A stretch of 64,000 nt of DNA from Yuukianura sp. NJ FZ-2021 (lineage: Eukaryota). The position numbers and the translations under genes were made by a program. Location of the stretch: the NCBI GenBank assembly GCA_046563655.1, contig CM102289.1, positions 10,106,001 to 10,170,000 of the forward strand. Direction: 5' to 3'. Below the pieces are notes generated by a model, which ran no database searches, was not told the origin of the DNA, and saw only the letters and a list, made by a program, of their open reading frames with translations. Of the stretch, positions 1-18,543 are shown piece by piece. How positions within the stretch are numbered: the stretch's first letter is position 1; each line of letters starts with the position of its first letter.

Positions 1-213
1 GATCAACTTTACTTTAACTTCAATGGAACCCAGTTCAATTGCATTTTAATTAGTAATTTTTTATGTTGATGGAAATCTGTATTTGGGATCATCGTTAAAA
101 ACTATCAAGTAATTCTATCTTTCAACTTTGTAGACGAACGAAAAAAGTTACCTTATCAGGGGTTTACCACATACAATTTTTAGATAAAAAAATTTTGAAG
201 GGAAAAGGTTAGA

Positions 214-332
214 TTAGCAAGATTTGATAAAGCAGAAATTTTAGATATTTCTCAGACTTAGCAAGATTTCATAAAGCAGAAATTTTAGATATTTGTCAGA
301 CTTAGCCAGATTTCATAAAGCAGAAATTTTAG
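214..332. repeat. 44-bp minisatellite, ~2.7 copies
   Basis: GCAAGATTTCATAAAGCAGAAATTTTAGATATTTCTCAGACTTA recurs at ~217, 261 and 305. Confidence 0.85.
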
Positions 333-2237
333 AACAGCTAAATTTAACCGTCATAGGATTCCAATGTTTTAGCCAATTTACACTGACAGTTAAGTGAATT
401 CGGCTGGGATTTGTTGAACTTCAATTATTTCAAACAAAAGTTAATGAAAATACCATTAAAATGTGCTTTGCGAAAAGGTTAAAGAGTAAATGGCCCAAGT
501 GTGTGAAAGAGGTGAGCGGGGAGTGCGAAAAGTGCCGACGGATGTACCAAAAAAAGGAAAAGTGTGAGAGAAGTGGAATCCAAAGGGAGAAATGCTACGA
601 AGGGATTTTGCCTTTATGCATCCTCTTCTCTCATCTGACTGTGATGTCAGTGTTCGGGAGACAGCGGAAGTAGAGTCAAGTGTGTTTGAAGTGTGTCGGG
701 GTCACTGTCTCCCAATACATCTTCCCATATCACTCTTCACTCTGTCAAAATCATACCGTCTTATAAGTTCAAGTCACAGTGACCGTTACTTCGTGTCCAC
801 TGCTCACCACGTATGTTTTAACTCATCCATTTATTCCATTGTTGAGTGGTTGTTATCATTTTGGACACTTTGCAGGGCCCACCAACTGTAGTCTAAGGGC
901 GGACTGAAGTAGGGATCGCTGGAGGCGGGATCCGTGGACCAACTAAAGATCAAAACAGTGAATCAAGTGGAAAGGAGTGAAACATAGTGAAGTGGGTGAT
1001 TCATGGTATCAGTTTGGCGTTACTAACTCCGGCCAATCCGTATGTTCATCCCCATGTAAGTATTCTTAGCATTTCAATCATAATGAGCAGTACTGAGCCA
1101 TTTATACTGCATCAGTCATCTCCCAACCTACCTTATGCTCTCTGTTTTACAGTTGTGTTCCAATTATAACGTACACCGTTACGTCAGGCCCAAACTATGA
1201 ATAAGCATTAGGTTTTAGAGTATGTTTAACAATGTTAGCTTCTAATGTTGAAGGGGATTGAGTTTGTGAGTGTGAGGGGTCATTCAATTGTGGACTGGGA
1301 ATGAGGGGGAAGGTCAAGTGACTCAATTGTTTGGCAAATTAGGATTGCATGGGAACACCTATGGGATATGCATTTAGCAACATGCTTCAGGCTCCACTGC
1401 CCCCACAAAAGTCTAAAATTGTACAATCATTCTGAATTGTAACAATTGGATTTGAGGGTGGCTTTCCTACAAAATCACCAACTAAATCCAAATTGGGATG
1501 AAGGCATTTCATCAAGTACCACTGTAGCCACTTTTTAGTCGATCCATGTAGCCTTCGCATCTTCCATATCCATACTAAAGGTGCCTTTGACTTTTAACTT
1601 CAAGTGTTACCACAATTACAATGTGGAAATAAATTCCATTCTCATAACTTACCATATTGTTCTTTCGAATCTCAATTTAGCCAAGTCTTCTGAACACATT
1701 TTAGCATTTTACAACTCTCTCGGATCAGTTTGTACCCAACGGATTTAGTTTACGACTCATTTAGTAACTTTGATTTGATTCCCTAACTGCCGCTCACTTT
1801 AATGTCAAGTTCGTTAATTACAATTTATGGTAGGATTCAGTATTTCGCAACGCAGTTTTTATATTTTGAAACCGACTACTCAAAATAAGTTTGTAACAGT
1901 TGAGCATTGTTGTGCTTCATCCATGAAGGTTTAATAGGAAAGAAGTTTTAACTGATTTGTATTTGTGTTTTTAGGTTGATGCTGGATTTGGATGCCAGGC
2001 AGTACAAGGAACAAAGTGGTCCACGATAACCAGGAAACAAGGGGCATGCTAAACTCCTCGCTGCTACCCCAAGTCTAATTTTCCAAAGGTAAACAACAAC
2101 ATACACTGTTTTTATAAAATCAATTTGCAAATTGTGTTTTGTTTGAATTTGTTAGAGGTTTTGGTGCAGAAGGGGTGCTAAGAATTGTGTTGTTGGATTG
2201 GATTCCTGGATGTAACTGTTAATCCCCTTCTCCAGAA

Positions 2238-5200
2238 ATGGTCTTCGGCCAACAATTGGATCTGCAACAATCCCAGTATTTAAACAACAATACAATTGTA
2301 CAGAAGATCCATTTGTCCAATGAAGAAATGGACATTCTGGCCAAAATAGAAGAAGCAAACAGGTAAGGCCAAAGTCATTTCATTTTAAGCACATCCTGAC
2401 ATTGAATCCCAATTTAAAGAGAAATTGGGAAAGGTGCTCATGCTCAACTTAGCTCAACTTGCAAAACAAGTCTGTTGTGCATGAAATGAAAGTCGTTTCA
2501 TGTTGTGTGACTTTAATGGAAAGTGGCTTGTGTTGCAGAAATGTTGAACATTGTTTTTCGTGGCATAGATCGGGAGTAGTGGTGATGATGGTTGGGAAAT
2601 GTGGTGACTGGAGTTGTTGCAGAATTGGAAAATGTTATTAGGTAACCTGTGTAGATGTGTCGTTGGGATAATTAAGTGAGGAAGTTGAGTAGTTGTGGGA
2701 GTTAGTCTATTCCTAATGATGCGATGTTGAGTGTGTCATGTGGAAGATGGAGGGCTCTCCAGGGACTGGAGAGCTGGTGATTAGTTGGAAGGAATAGTCC
2801 AACTATTGTGGCTAACCACACCACTACTAGGCTAACAATGGGAAGGTGCGACCTATTGAGAGCCAGTACCTCCCGAAATCCTTCAACCACTTTCCGCAAA
2901 CATATTCATTGGAAGGAGAGAGATGGACAGATTTTGAGTAGATCACATTCTCAAGTTCCGGATTTCCACTGCACGAACCAACTTTGTGGAAATGAAAATA
3001 GTTGGACACGGAGGATGGAATTGGACGTAGTTCAGGTGGAGAGTTGACGGAAAGAGCCTTTTGTCTCTCTGAATTATTGAGTTCATTCCTAACCTAGATG
3101 GTAGCGTATTAATTTAATTGTTAAATGCGCTCTCTTTCCACTCAAATTGACACATTTAGAAGAGAGTGATGGATAGGAGTAGAGTGGGGCAGGAGTTGAG
3201 TAGAGAGGAACAGAGCATGCCCTGTGACGAGAGTGACGCTGGAAGGGGTGGGCCCTTGGATTCAGTTGAGTGGGGCAGTGACATGGAGGGAGGTGGGGAC
3301 AGTGGAACAGAGGTGGGGCCTGTCATAATAACCCTGGAAACAGTGTCTTCTGAAGAAGATTCCTCTGAACACGATTCCTGCATATTTTTTGAGCTGAGTG
3401 AGACAGAGACTTCTGACAAGACAGTGGCTGAACTGGAGGATACTTTCCAGAGGAACAGAGTGGGTTCAGTGGCAGAGAATGGTAGTGGTGCAGTGGATTT
3501 TTTGGTGGGGCAAGGTGGGGGTGGGGCTGGAGGGCAGAAGTCAGGTCTAATCAGAGCAAATTCATCCCCACCAGAACCCACTTTGTGTCAAGGGGAAGTG
3601 TCCGCAAAATCAGAGGAAAAGGCTCCTCGGCGACGCAATACACTTGCAGACATATTTAGATGGTTTGTTGAGGAATATTGATTGAAACTATGATTTTTGA
3701 TAATTTCTTTTGTTTTTAGGTTGATAGAGTCTGATTCGAAGAGCTTTAATTCCCTGTCCGGTGTGAGCAGTCACTCGAGGAAGAGTTCCGACACTTCTGA
3801 CATTTCATTTGGCCAAGGGTCAGATAAGGGCTCAGAGGAGACAGAGGAGGATCTGTGGATTACATGGGGCAAAATAGTCAACGAATGGACTACTTACTGG
3901 AAAAAGAAAAACCAACTCGTCCGCGTAATTTTTACAACGTTTTAGAATCAATGAATTGGTGACACTAATTGTTTTTGTTTTGTGAGTTAGGATTTAGTGA
4001 AGATGGGGATTCCGCACCACTTTCGAGGAATCGTGTGGCAACTGCTGTGTGGAGCCCATGATTCTCCTGAGAAGTTTCAATATGCTGACTACATCAAAGC
4101 CACGTCTGCCTGTGAAAAGGTTTCAACTTTTGAGTTGCTGCTTTTTAAAAAGTGTTGGATTGAATTGAGTGGATTGTAGGTGATTCGGCGTGACATTGCG
4201 AGGACGTACCCGGAGCATGATTTTTTCAAGGAGAAGGATGGTCTGGGTCAAGAGTCTCTTTTTAACGTGATGAAGGCGTACTCTCTGCATGATCGAGAAG
4301 TGGGCTACTGCCAGGGATCTGCTTTCATCGTTGGACTTTTGCTCATGCAGATGCCGGAAGAGGAAGCCTTTGCTGTTGTTGTTAAACTCATGCAGGCAAG
4401 ATACTTAACCTTTATCAGTTATCACACTTTCTCAAAACTTGAAAGTGTTTTGTGTTTTTTAAAAAGTTGTTTTTGAACAGGACTATCGACTGCGGGAAAT
4501 GTTCAAACCGTCGATGGCAGAGTTGGGGCTGTGCATGTACCAATTAGAGATGTGTGTTCAGGTAATGCATTTGTTCAAAGTGCTTCAAAGTGTTGTATAA
4601 TGTTGATATTTTGAATTTCAGGAGCAATACCCTGACTTGTACGTTCACTTCACTTCGCAAGGGTTCCACACGTCCATGTACGCCTCTTCCTGGTTTCTGA
4701 CGATCTTCACAACGACACTGCCACTGGGAGTGGCGTCCAGAGTCTTTGACTTGTTTCTCATGGATGGAATAGAGGTCGTGTTCCGCGTAGCCCTCTCCAT
4801 CCTCCAACTGGCCAAAACGGAACTCCTGTCGCTCGACATGGAAGGCATGCTCAAGGTCAGTTATCTTTCTTCAAGTCCACAATTCCAACATTACCATCCT
4901 TAACTCTTTCTTTCTTTTTAGTTTCTGCAAAAGGATCTTCCTCCGCGCATTGAAGCAGGTTAGCACAAATGTCAACACTTTGACTTTACGTAGAGTTTAC
5001 AACGACGGAAGAGGAGAATGATGAAAAGTGATGAGTGATCATTTGGATTTTGAATGTTAGACCCTGAGCCGCTCTTCTGCATCGTGTCGCAGATGAAGTA
5101 CAACAGCAAGAAGATGAAGAAGATTGAAAAGGAATACGCTGCGATGAAAATCAAAGAGCAGGAGGAGATGGTGGAGCTAAGAGTAAGTGAAATAGTTAAC

Positions 5201-6860
5201 CTTTTTGAGTGGAGAGTGACTTGTGTTGTGTCATTTCAGAGGCTACGGACGGAGAACAAGATCTTGAAGCAGAGAATTGAAGTGTTGGAGGCTGAATCAT
5301 CGGAATTAGCCAACAAACTCATCCAAGGTACTTGGATGTTGCTCAATTGAGGAATCTATTAATGCTGATGGAAATGCTTTTAAAATAGGTCAAGTAGACC
5401 GTGCCGAGGAAGTGGAGACTTCGTTCACTCTGAAACGGGAGTTGGCTGCAGTGAGGCAGCACTACTTGGAGACAATGAAGCATCTGGAGAGTGTGACCCA
5501 GCAGTATCAAAACCTCCTCCTCGTCCTCGATGAAACTGTGAGTTGGAAAATGGAAAAGTGACATGACATAAATAACTGACTTTGTTTTTGTAGAATTCGT
5601 CCAAACAAAACTCGATGGACGAAGTGTCAGTGAAGTCTGAGTTGTTGAAGCAGAATGAGGAGTTGGTCCATTGTCTCCAGAATGAGTTGGTGGATGTGCG
5701 ACTCAAGGAGGCGGAGAACTCTGTCATCATGTCTGACCTTCGAACACGCATTCAGGAGTTGGAGGAGGAGAAACGCAGTCTCCGCGAGTCAGTCGTCGAT
5801 AATTCTGTCGCTCATCTCCAAGTAAATTTTAAAATTTTGTCATTCATTCTCTCATGAAACCAATTTTGACCTTTACAATTTCCAATTGTTGTTTCCTTCT
5901 AGGAGGAACTCATAGCTGTAAAGTTGCGTGAGGCAGAGAGTCTCCTTTGGTTGAAGGATTTGAATGAACAAGTATCAGATCTCACTGAGCAATGGGAAAA
6001 ACACGTAAGTGTACACAACCTAACTTTTTATGGAACAACTAAATTCTGAAACTAATTCTTAAACTAGATTCTAAAAATATGAACTGATGTTATTTTCCAG
6101 GATCATGAAGAGTGTACGCCAGAGAAGAAGAATTCGGGGACTCCTTTGGGGAATCTGTTCACTTCCAGCAGGTCTGAAGTGAAGTTTTTGGAAGAGGAAA
6201 TCATGGGACTCAAATTGAAAGAAATGCACTCCATCATTGAACTCAAGGAGCAGAAGCTCAGAATCATGGAACTGGAAACTCAGGTAAAGTTCACAATACT
6301 CAATTGTAAACTTGGAAGTTGTGAAGAAGAAGTTGATGATTTGATTGTGTAGGTGCAAGTGACGACGAACCAGTTGCGGAGGCAGGAGGACGAGAACAAA
6401 CGACTCAAGGATGACTTGGACTCTGCCTATCGTCAGAACAAGGAGTTTCAATCCAAACTGAAAGAGGAGCGTCGTCGCTACGTAGATTTGGAGAGTCGGT
6501 TGAAGGAGGATTCAGTCCATGCCAGAATTCGAGATGCAGAGAAGAGTCAGAAGATGTTTGACCTCTCTCAACAAATCTCTTGTTTGAAATTAAAGAACCA
6601 GGAACTGATAGCAGAGAAGGAGTTGGAACGACATCGGTGTTTGTCTTCGGGAAGTAGTGATATTACTAGTGATAAACCAGACTCAGAAGTAGAAATAGAA
6701 ATGGACAACACACTTCCCCTCCCACAACTCACTTCGCAGGTCAGTTGATTTAGAATGAAAGTAATCTTCAACTAATTGGAGTGACTTTTACTTTCAGATG
6801 GAAAGTTTATGTTTAACATGCAAGTGTGAGGCTGGAAGCAGAATTGCTCAAGGAATATGA
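2238..6860 (+). CDS. EVI5: Ecotropic viral integration site 5 (EVI5)-like TBC Rab-GAP with C-terminal coiled coil; multi-exon, apparently intact
   Basis: Spliced translation gives LSNEEMDILAKIEEANR|LIESDSKS, GIPHHFRGIVWQLL, IRRDIARTYPEHDFF, YSLHDREVGYCQG and MYASSWFLTIF, then long coiled-coil exons. Short GT-AG introns plus one GC-AG intron. Last exon inferred at 6798-6860. Confidence 0.93.
3169..3662 (+). CDS. EVI5: Probable alternative first coding exon of EVI5 (acidic, ends RRRNTLADIFRW)
   Basis: Open frame from ATG 3169. The donor TG|gt at 3662/3663 has the same phase as the AG|gt donor at 2362, so both can splice to the acceptor at ~3719. Confidence 0.7.
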
Positions 6861-7706
6861 AAGTCCAAGTGGAGTTGAGAAGTGGCTGTTCATCAATCAG
6901 TATTTCCACCCCAATGATTAATCCATATCCGCTCTTAAATATGGCCACGCAGTCCCATTCTAGTTTAGACCAATAGTTAAATATGCCACATGTATTTTCC
7001 CTCTAACGTCAACTAATTTGGTGCTCCAAGTTTAGACTAGCTTTAGGTCCCTTTGCGTACTGCAGAGGCTAACTCATTTTAACTTATTTCCTTTGTTTTT
7101 GTAAAGTGTGATACTATTTAAGAGGATTAATTGTAATGGTGCATACTAATTATTAACTTGATCCAAAATGTTTTTGTGACTAAATGCTAGGAAGCTTGTG
7201 AAGTGTGACCTGCGCTGAAACGATGGAGATTCAAACCATCCCTTGCTAATTAAAAAGTAATCTAATTCCTTGGGATGTTCACACTTTGATGTTACGCAGG
7301 TCAAGACGAATTGTGCAAGTCCTTCCATTTATTCCTTAGTTCTTTTATTCAAATTAATTAAGGAGACTTGGAACAATTAGAGTCCTTCTGCCACATATGC
7401 ATTCAAACACATTTGAAAGGGAGGCTACTTGTAAGGAAAAGTCATTAGACATGTTTGTTACTCTCTAATTCCTTGGCTACATTTCCTTTATAAACTTTTG
7501 TAATTCCCAGCTACTCATAACAGTGGAAATAGCAATAAAATTTATCAACTTCTCAAACTCCTAAACTAATTCCATGGTGTGGACGACTACAGTTAGCAAA
7601 AAAGTGTAGGGAATTCGTTAAGACCAGACAGGGATTGAAACATAGGGGAAAATTAATTACTCCTCAAATTGTAAGAAGTAGGAATCTGTTTCTGTCATTT
7701 AAATAT

Positions 7707-13292
<5,586 letters not shown>

Positions 13293-13578
13293 TGTCACTA
13301 ACCAGCAACACATTAGTAAACAAACATTCAAATAATGACTAACATGGAAGCACTTTGACTATCCAGTTAGATACAAACAATGGGTTTACCTGAAGCGATC
13401 TAGTTGTGATGCTTTGAGATTAACTGGAACTCAATTAATCTTAGTACGACCCTTAATTAAATAACTTTAGATTCTCGTTTTTTGTTCTTGTGGCTGTAGA
13501 ATGAGGTGATTTTGGTTTGACTTCCCTTTTATATGAGGGCGAGAGGAGTTGGATTTACCCCTTGGAGGAGTTGGATCT

Positions 13579-13827
13579 TACTCCTCTCAAGTATTTATGT
13601 GAATCTCAACCCGGAGTGCGGATCCCGAGCGAACAAGCTGCTTTCACAACTTTTGTGTTTGTCAGTTCGTCTCAAGTCGAATCCAAGTCAAGTTGAGGCT
13701 AATGCTCGGAAAACAACGGAAACTGCTAGTGGTGCTATCCGATCATTAGGTACTACTACACTGGAACTTGAGACAGAAGAGGGGCGGGAACTCTTTTCAA
13801 AAATTCAAAAGTTAAAATTAAAACAAC
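13579..13827 (+). promoter_or_regulatory. Shared upstream element, copy A (upstream of the NRDE2-like gene, divergent from l(3)mbt)
   Basis: Collinear blocks TATTTATGTGAATCTC / GTGCGGA / GAACAAGCTGCTTT / ACAACTTTTG / GGCTAATGCTCGGA / CTTGAGACA / GCGGGAACTCTTTTCAAAAA are shared with 18544-18790. Confidence 0.7.
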
Positions 13828-13901
13828 TTTCAGTTCAGTTGTCAATTATTATAAAGTATTTAACTTTTGGTTTCCTGTAAGTAATTAGTTGATTAATCAA
13901 G

Positions 13902-15807
13902 AGGTCATCTGGTATTGTTTGGAGTGGAGAGTTTGAAGGACGATCATGGAGTTGGTGGAATATCGCCTTGATCAACTCATCATCTAAAGACAAAAGGTGA
14001 GGACCATTTCGCATTTTATTTCATTGGAATAGCGCCTTTTGTCATTTAGCACGTGGAGTTGGATAGACATTGGTTAGGTGAAGGTCAGTGGTCAAGGGAG
14101 GTAGGGTGGACATGAATTAATCACTTTGATTTGAATCGCAGTGCCTGGAATGGACAGAGGAGGTGGACTCAGAATGGAGTCATTTGGGGAACTGCTGGAC
14201 GCAGAAGCATCTCTCATTCCAATTGAGATATCACGGAGACAATGGAAGTGGCAAAACTCTCCCTCTCAGACACTTCCACTTTCTAGACTGAAGTGGACTA
14301 CTGGAGGAAAGGAACAGACTTGTACCACACAAATCCTAAAACTATGCAACTTCCAGAGGGATTCCAGTTGCCAGAGTACTCTCTTCCCTCTGCCCCCTCC
14401 ATCATGCCCACTGGAAAGAAGCTCAAAGTGGGAACTCCACTTCCAGACTCAGTTTTCAAGAGACAGGAGGAACTGCTGGAGGAAAACGCAACCAAGTTGC
14501 ATGGAATGATTCGATCCATCTTCACTCAGAGTCTGGACCACCTCAAACCAAACTTTCCTTCTCTCCTTTGACTGTGACGATTGCTGGGGACCGGAATTTG
14601 GGAAGTGGGATGGTGAACACTGCTTGGAGTACTTTGGGCAGAAGACTAATTTGATTGTGGAGTGGACAGTGGCCTACAGTCTCTTTGCATATCTGGTCCA
14701 GCACTCCCTGGATGCAGCCTCGGAGGTCATGACGAGAGTGATGGACAGACTGGAACAACTCCCGCCTTTCTCGGACCAACAAGTACTCCTCAATCCTCAA
14801 GTAAGCCAACATTTCCAACAATGTACTTTCAGTTTGTGCAAAGTAATGATTGTTTGTTTGTTTGGAACAGTGGACACAGGATTCGGGAGGAGCTGTTTGT
14901 GAGTTGGTCCAGACTAGGAGCCCTCCATGTGACGCTTCACCCAATGCAAAATGCCAAGTTGAGAACTGTGCTTGGAAAAGCCCTGGAACTCTACCCCTCC
15001 AGCCCCCCTCTCCTCCTTCTCTACATGAATGTCGAAGTACTTCAACTTTTTAACTTTGGTTGTGTTCAGTTGACTCATTTTGTTTGTTTTTGCAGAGTGA
15101 GTGCAGTGTGGTGGGGAAACTGTGGCGGTCCCTCGTCAAGACAGTCAAGGAACGGAATGCGAGTGACTTTTGCACTCTGGATTGGACTCCCGTCTTCATG
15201 GCCTACACTTTGTCCACACAAATGGAGGAGATTGAGGAGGAGTCGGCAGTGGCCCTGCATGAATTTGGAATTGGTAAGGATGGGAATGTTTTTGGAGGGA
15301 ATGTTCAAGTACTCATTGGTTTTTGTTCCAGGGGGACCAGCAGTGCCTCCGGATACCATTTTCTACAAAGTGGATGGGATTCTGAGTGGTGCTGAGAAGA
15401 GTGTGTTGAGTAGGCACTGTCCCTTGATCTGGAGACTTCATCTCAAGCACTTGGCCATGCGAGGGAAGGAGGGGAAGGACAGGAGGAGAGCAGAAGGACT
15501 TTTGTATGAAGCAATTCGACAGTGTCCCACGAGCAAGTCTCTGTACTTGGATGGAATCCTGTACTTTCCTCATCTGATGCACGAAGTGCTGGAACTCATG
15601 ACTCAAAATGAACTGCTCATCCGAATGCCACTCGAGGAACTCCATCTCCTCTCAAAGTTCAAGGGGAAGGAGGATGAGGAAGTGGCCGTTGTGGACACTT
15701 TGAAGTCCAAATCCAACGGAAGGAAAAACCTCAAGAAAAAGAAGAAGGGAGTGACAAAAAGAGGGAGCGAAGAGGATCTCGTTGCAGTAGAAATAGTTAG
15801 TGACTAA
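13902..15807 (+). pseudogene. NRDE2: NRDE2 (nuclear exosome regulator)-like copy, disrupted and probably internally deleted
   Basis: C-terminus HCPLIWRLHLKHL...LLYEAIRQCPTSKSLYLDGILYFPHLMHEVLELMTQNELLIRMPLEELHLL matches the NRDE2 C-terminal motif. The locus (~1.9 kb) is far too short for a full NRDE2, and the upstream frame has in-frame stops near 14224-14286. The 5' boundary is approximate. Confidence 0.7.
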
Positions 15808-16121
15808 CAAATTCGTATGTAATCCACATTACTACTACTTTTCGGTAGCTTAGGAAACTAAATTGTACTTTTATCTTATTAATTCCAAGGCATAAATGGA
15901 TAAAGGTTAGGATAACCCACAATCAATTATTAGTCAACAGCATTACTTCACCGAAAAAATGTTATGAAATACGGTAGTATTACCTTAAAAGTTAAACTAT
16001 ACCTTATGCTTGCTCAATTATAAATCATGGCAAGGTATTTAGTTGTGTAATTATGCTAAAAGCAATTAGTTGCGTAATTAAGATTAAATTGCGAATTACT
16101 TATCGCGCAATGAGTAACTAA

Positions 16122-17277
16122 TTACTGTGAATCACTCATAGTGTTGAGTTCACTTGCGATGTGTTCGTTGTCCTTGATCTTCCTCGTGACTTTTTTCTTG
16201 GCTGGTTTTCTGAGTTTGGGATTTGATTTCTTGATCCCTTGACTCTCCATGGACCGAATTCCCTGTTTCTCCAAGTACTCTTCCATTTTGATGTCGTCCA
16301 TCCCATCAACTGCCACACTGCGACATAACTTCTCAAATTCCTCGTCCACCTTCAGACGAACAGTCTTGTTCCGGAAAAACAACACTTTCTTCTTGTCCTC
16401 CCTTGTGATTGTGATTATCTCAGAATCCAGTGCCTGAAAACACGAAATTCAATTACTTGGGTTTTTACTTAAATTACGACTACTTCAATTTTCATTTGAG
16501 TAAGAGTGGACTCACTTTTAGAACTCGTTCTGCATGAGGCACAGACTCCAGCACATCTTCACGGAAAATTCCACCGAGGCCCTTCATGTCTTGCAGTCTG
16601 AGGAGTCTAAGCAGCGACTTTTTGTCCCGACATCGCAGTGGGGGCTGGAAAATGAACTTGTCGTCTTCATTTCGCTCAATCTTCGGATTATTCGGAAAGG
16701 CTGCCTGCATAAGCCACTAAGAGAATCACAAGTTTTACAAACTTCAAAAGCAAAGTACCGTCTGGATGCTAAAGGTCAACTTACGGCTTTAACTTGTTGC
16801 TCACATCCAGCTGATTGGTTTCATCCAGGATTTTGTCTACTGACAACGGAGAGTCCTCCCCTTCTTGCAACTTTCCTCTCAGATGCTTCACAATCTTGGT
16901 CAAAATCCCAAAACTTGTAGGCAGAATTGGGTCCACTCCAACTTTTAAAAGTGGGTGGAGGAGCAGAGCTAAAAACAGAAATCAATCAATTAACTAGTGA
17001 AACAACTGACTTAATCTTATGATGCACACTTCACTTACCCTGGTTTAGTTGCAATTGACCTCCTCTTCTCCTCTGGTATCTGGTTCATCCCTGCGTACCC
17101 TATTCTCTACCCTGTAAAAACAGAACCAATTAATTAACACTGTCTAAACTAAACGATTGCTCTAATTCTAATCGTCCATTACTCTTATCTTCAATTACTC
17201 TAATGATTTGCTTACGTGGGTGTTTCCTTGGCTCTCTTGAGGAACCGTTCTCTTTCTCCTCTCAGCTCTGGATCCAT
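16122..17277 (-). pseudogene. GTF2E2: General transcription factor IIE beta subunit, frameshifted copy
   Basis: MDPELRRERERFLKRAKETPT, YKF/GILTKIVKHL, ILDETNQLDV, WLMQAAFPNNPKIE and VDEEFEKLCRSVAVDGMDD. Apparent frameshifts at ~16913 (extra T) and ~16793, and a stop in the exon-2 frame. Confidence 0.8.
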
Positions 17278-17384
17278 AATTATCACTTGTGCAATACTAC
17301 AAGTTAATTATTAATTAACTTTAAACGATCACTCTCACTCTTCAAGTTTAGAATGAACTCTGCTTCACTAACTTCCACTTCTAA

Positions 17385-17550
17385 ATTTTGGATTTTGACT
17401 TTTGTTTTTTGAAAAGAGTTGGCGCACTTTGTGTCAAGTTCAAAGTTGAGCAATGTATAATGCTGAGATAACCATGTCAGCAGCTTCTGTTATTCTCCGA
17501 GGATTAGCTCTTCAGACGAAAGGACAAAACCAAAAGTTGTCGGAGCAGGA
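17385..17550 (-). promoter_or_regulatory. Shared upstream element, copy C (upstream of GTF2E2)
   Basis: The reverse complement reads ACAACTTTTGGTTTTGTC..GCTAATCCTCGGAGAATAACAGAAGCTGCTGACA..TTATCTCAGCATTA..CTTGACACAAAGTGCGCCAACTCTTTTCAAAAAACAAAAGTCAAAATC, matching copy B. Confidence 0.75.
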
Positions 17551-18543
17551 CTCTTTGTGTTTTGGTTTTCTGTGCACAGAATGGACTGCGCGTGTTTCAT
17601 CCTCGCTTGACAGTACAAAAATACTCAGGGCCGTGTGCTACTAAGTTACGGCCCATCTTCCGAATAATTATTAATAAAGAATAATTATTATTATTATTAA
17701 CATCATTCACTGTTAAGGACTTCAAATTACAGTTAAGCAAAATGAAATAATTACTACTAGTGTATTTCATGTCCCTTAACCACAAAAAAAAACTAATTCC
17801 AAGACAACTTCCATTTTTGCGTTTCAGCTATGGTTAAACAGTGGATTTTCTAATTTAAACCAAAACTACAAAGAAACTTTGTGAAAATAATGCAAAAACA
17901 GTAAAATTTGAAATGATGTTTAACTTTTAATTTGTTTGAACAAGCGAAAATGGATTTCGAATAACTTTTGTTTGTGGAATTGAAAAAAAACGAAACAGAA
18001 AAAAAGTGGAGTGAACTCCTGCACACTCTTCCTGTTCTCAGCAACTTTCTATGCTTTTCACACATAAAAAATTCACCTAACTTTTTCTGGCCAAGTGAAG
18101 TGATGATAGAAAATCATCATGAATGACTTTACACAAGAAAGTTCTGACCACTGTCGTTTTTCTTTCTTCACAAGAAACTTTCATACAAAAAGTACAAAGA
18201 AAGTTAGAGAAATCTAAGGATGTAGGAAAAGTGAAATTGGAAAGCTTGTTGTACTTTTATTTAGATTTGAGAAGCGAAACTGCATGGAGAAAGTTTGAGT
18301 TTGGTGTACAAAAACAAAAATAAAATTGAAGTTGAGTCAAGTCCAATAGATTCGGCCGGTCCTCCGGAACTTTCTCTGTTTTTCTCCATAAAATGTTTGA
18401 TTTTTGGGGGGTTTGGAGTTGGGATGGTCCCCACATGCATTTTTTCCGTTGCCACCTCACGCCCTTCACCACCCCCAACTCCAAAAGAGTAACACTGCTA
18501 CTCCTTTCGGCTTCATATAAAAGGGAAGCTCCACAAATTCTCT

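Noticed and set aside
640..715. Possible extra copy of the shared promoter element upstream of EVI5 (CAGTGTTCGGGAGACAGCGGAAG resembles TAATGCTCGGAAAACAACGGAAA)
   Set aside because: Only one block matches weakly and the other blocks are not recognisable; needs a profile search.
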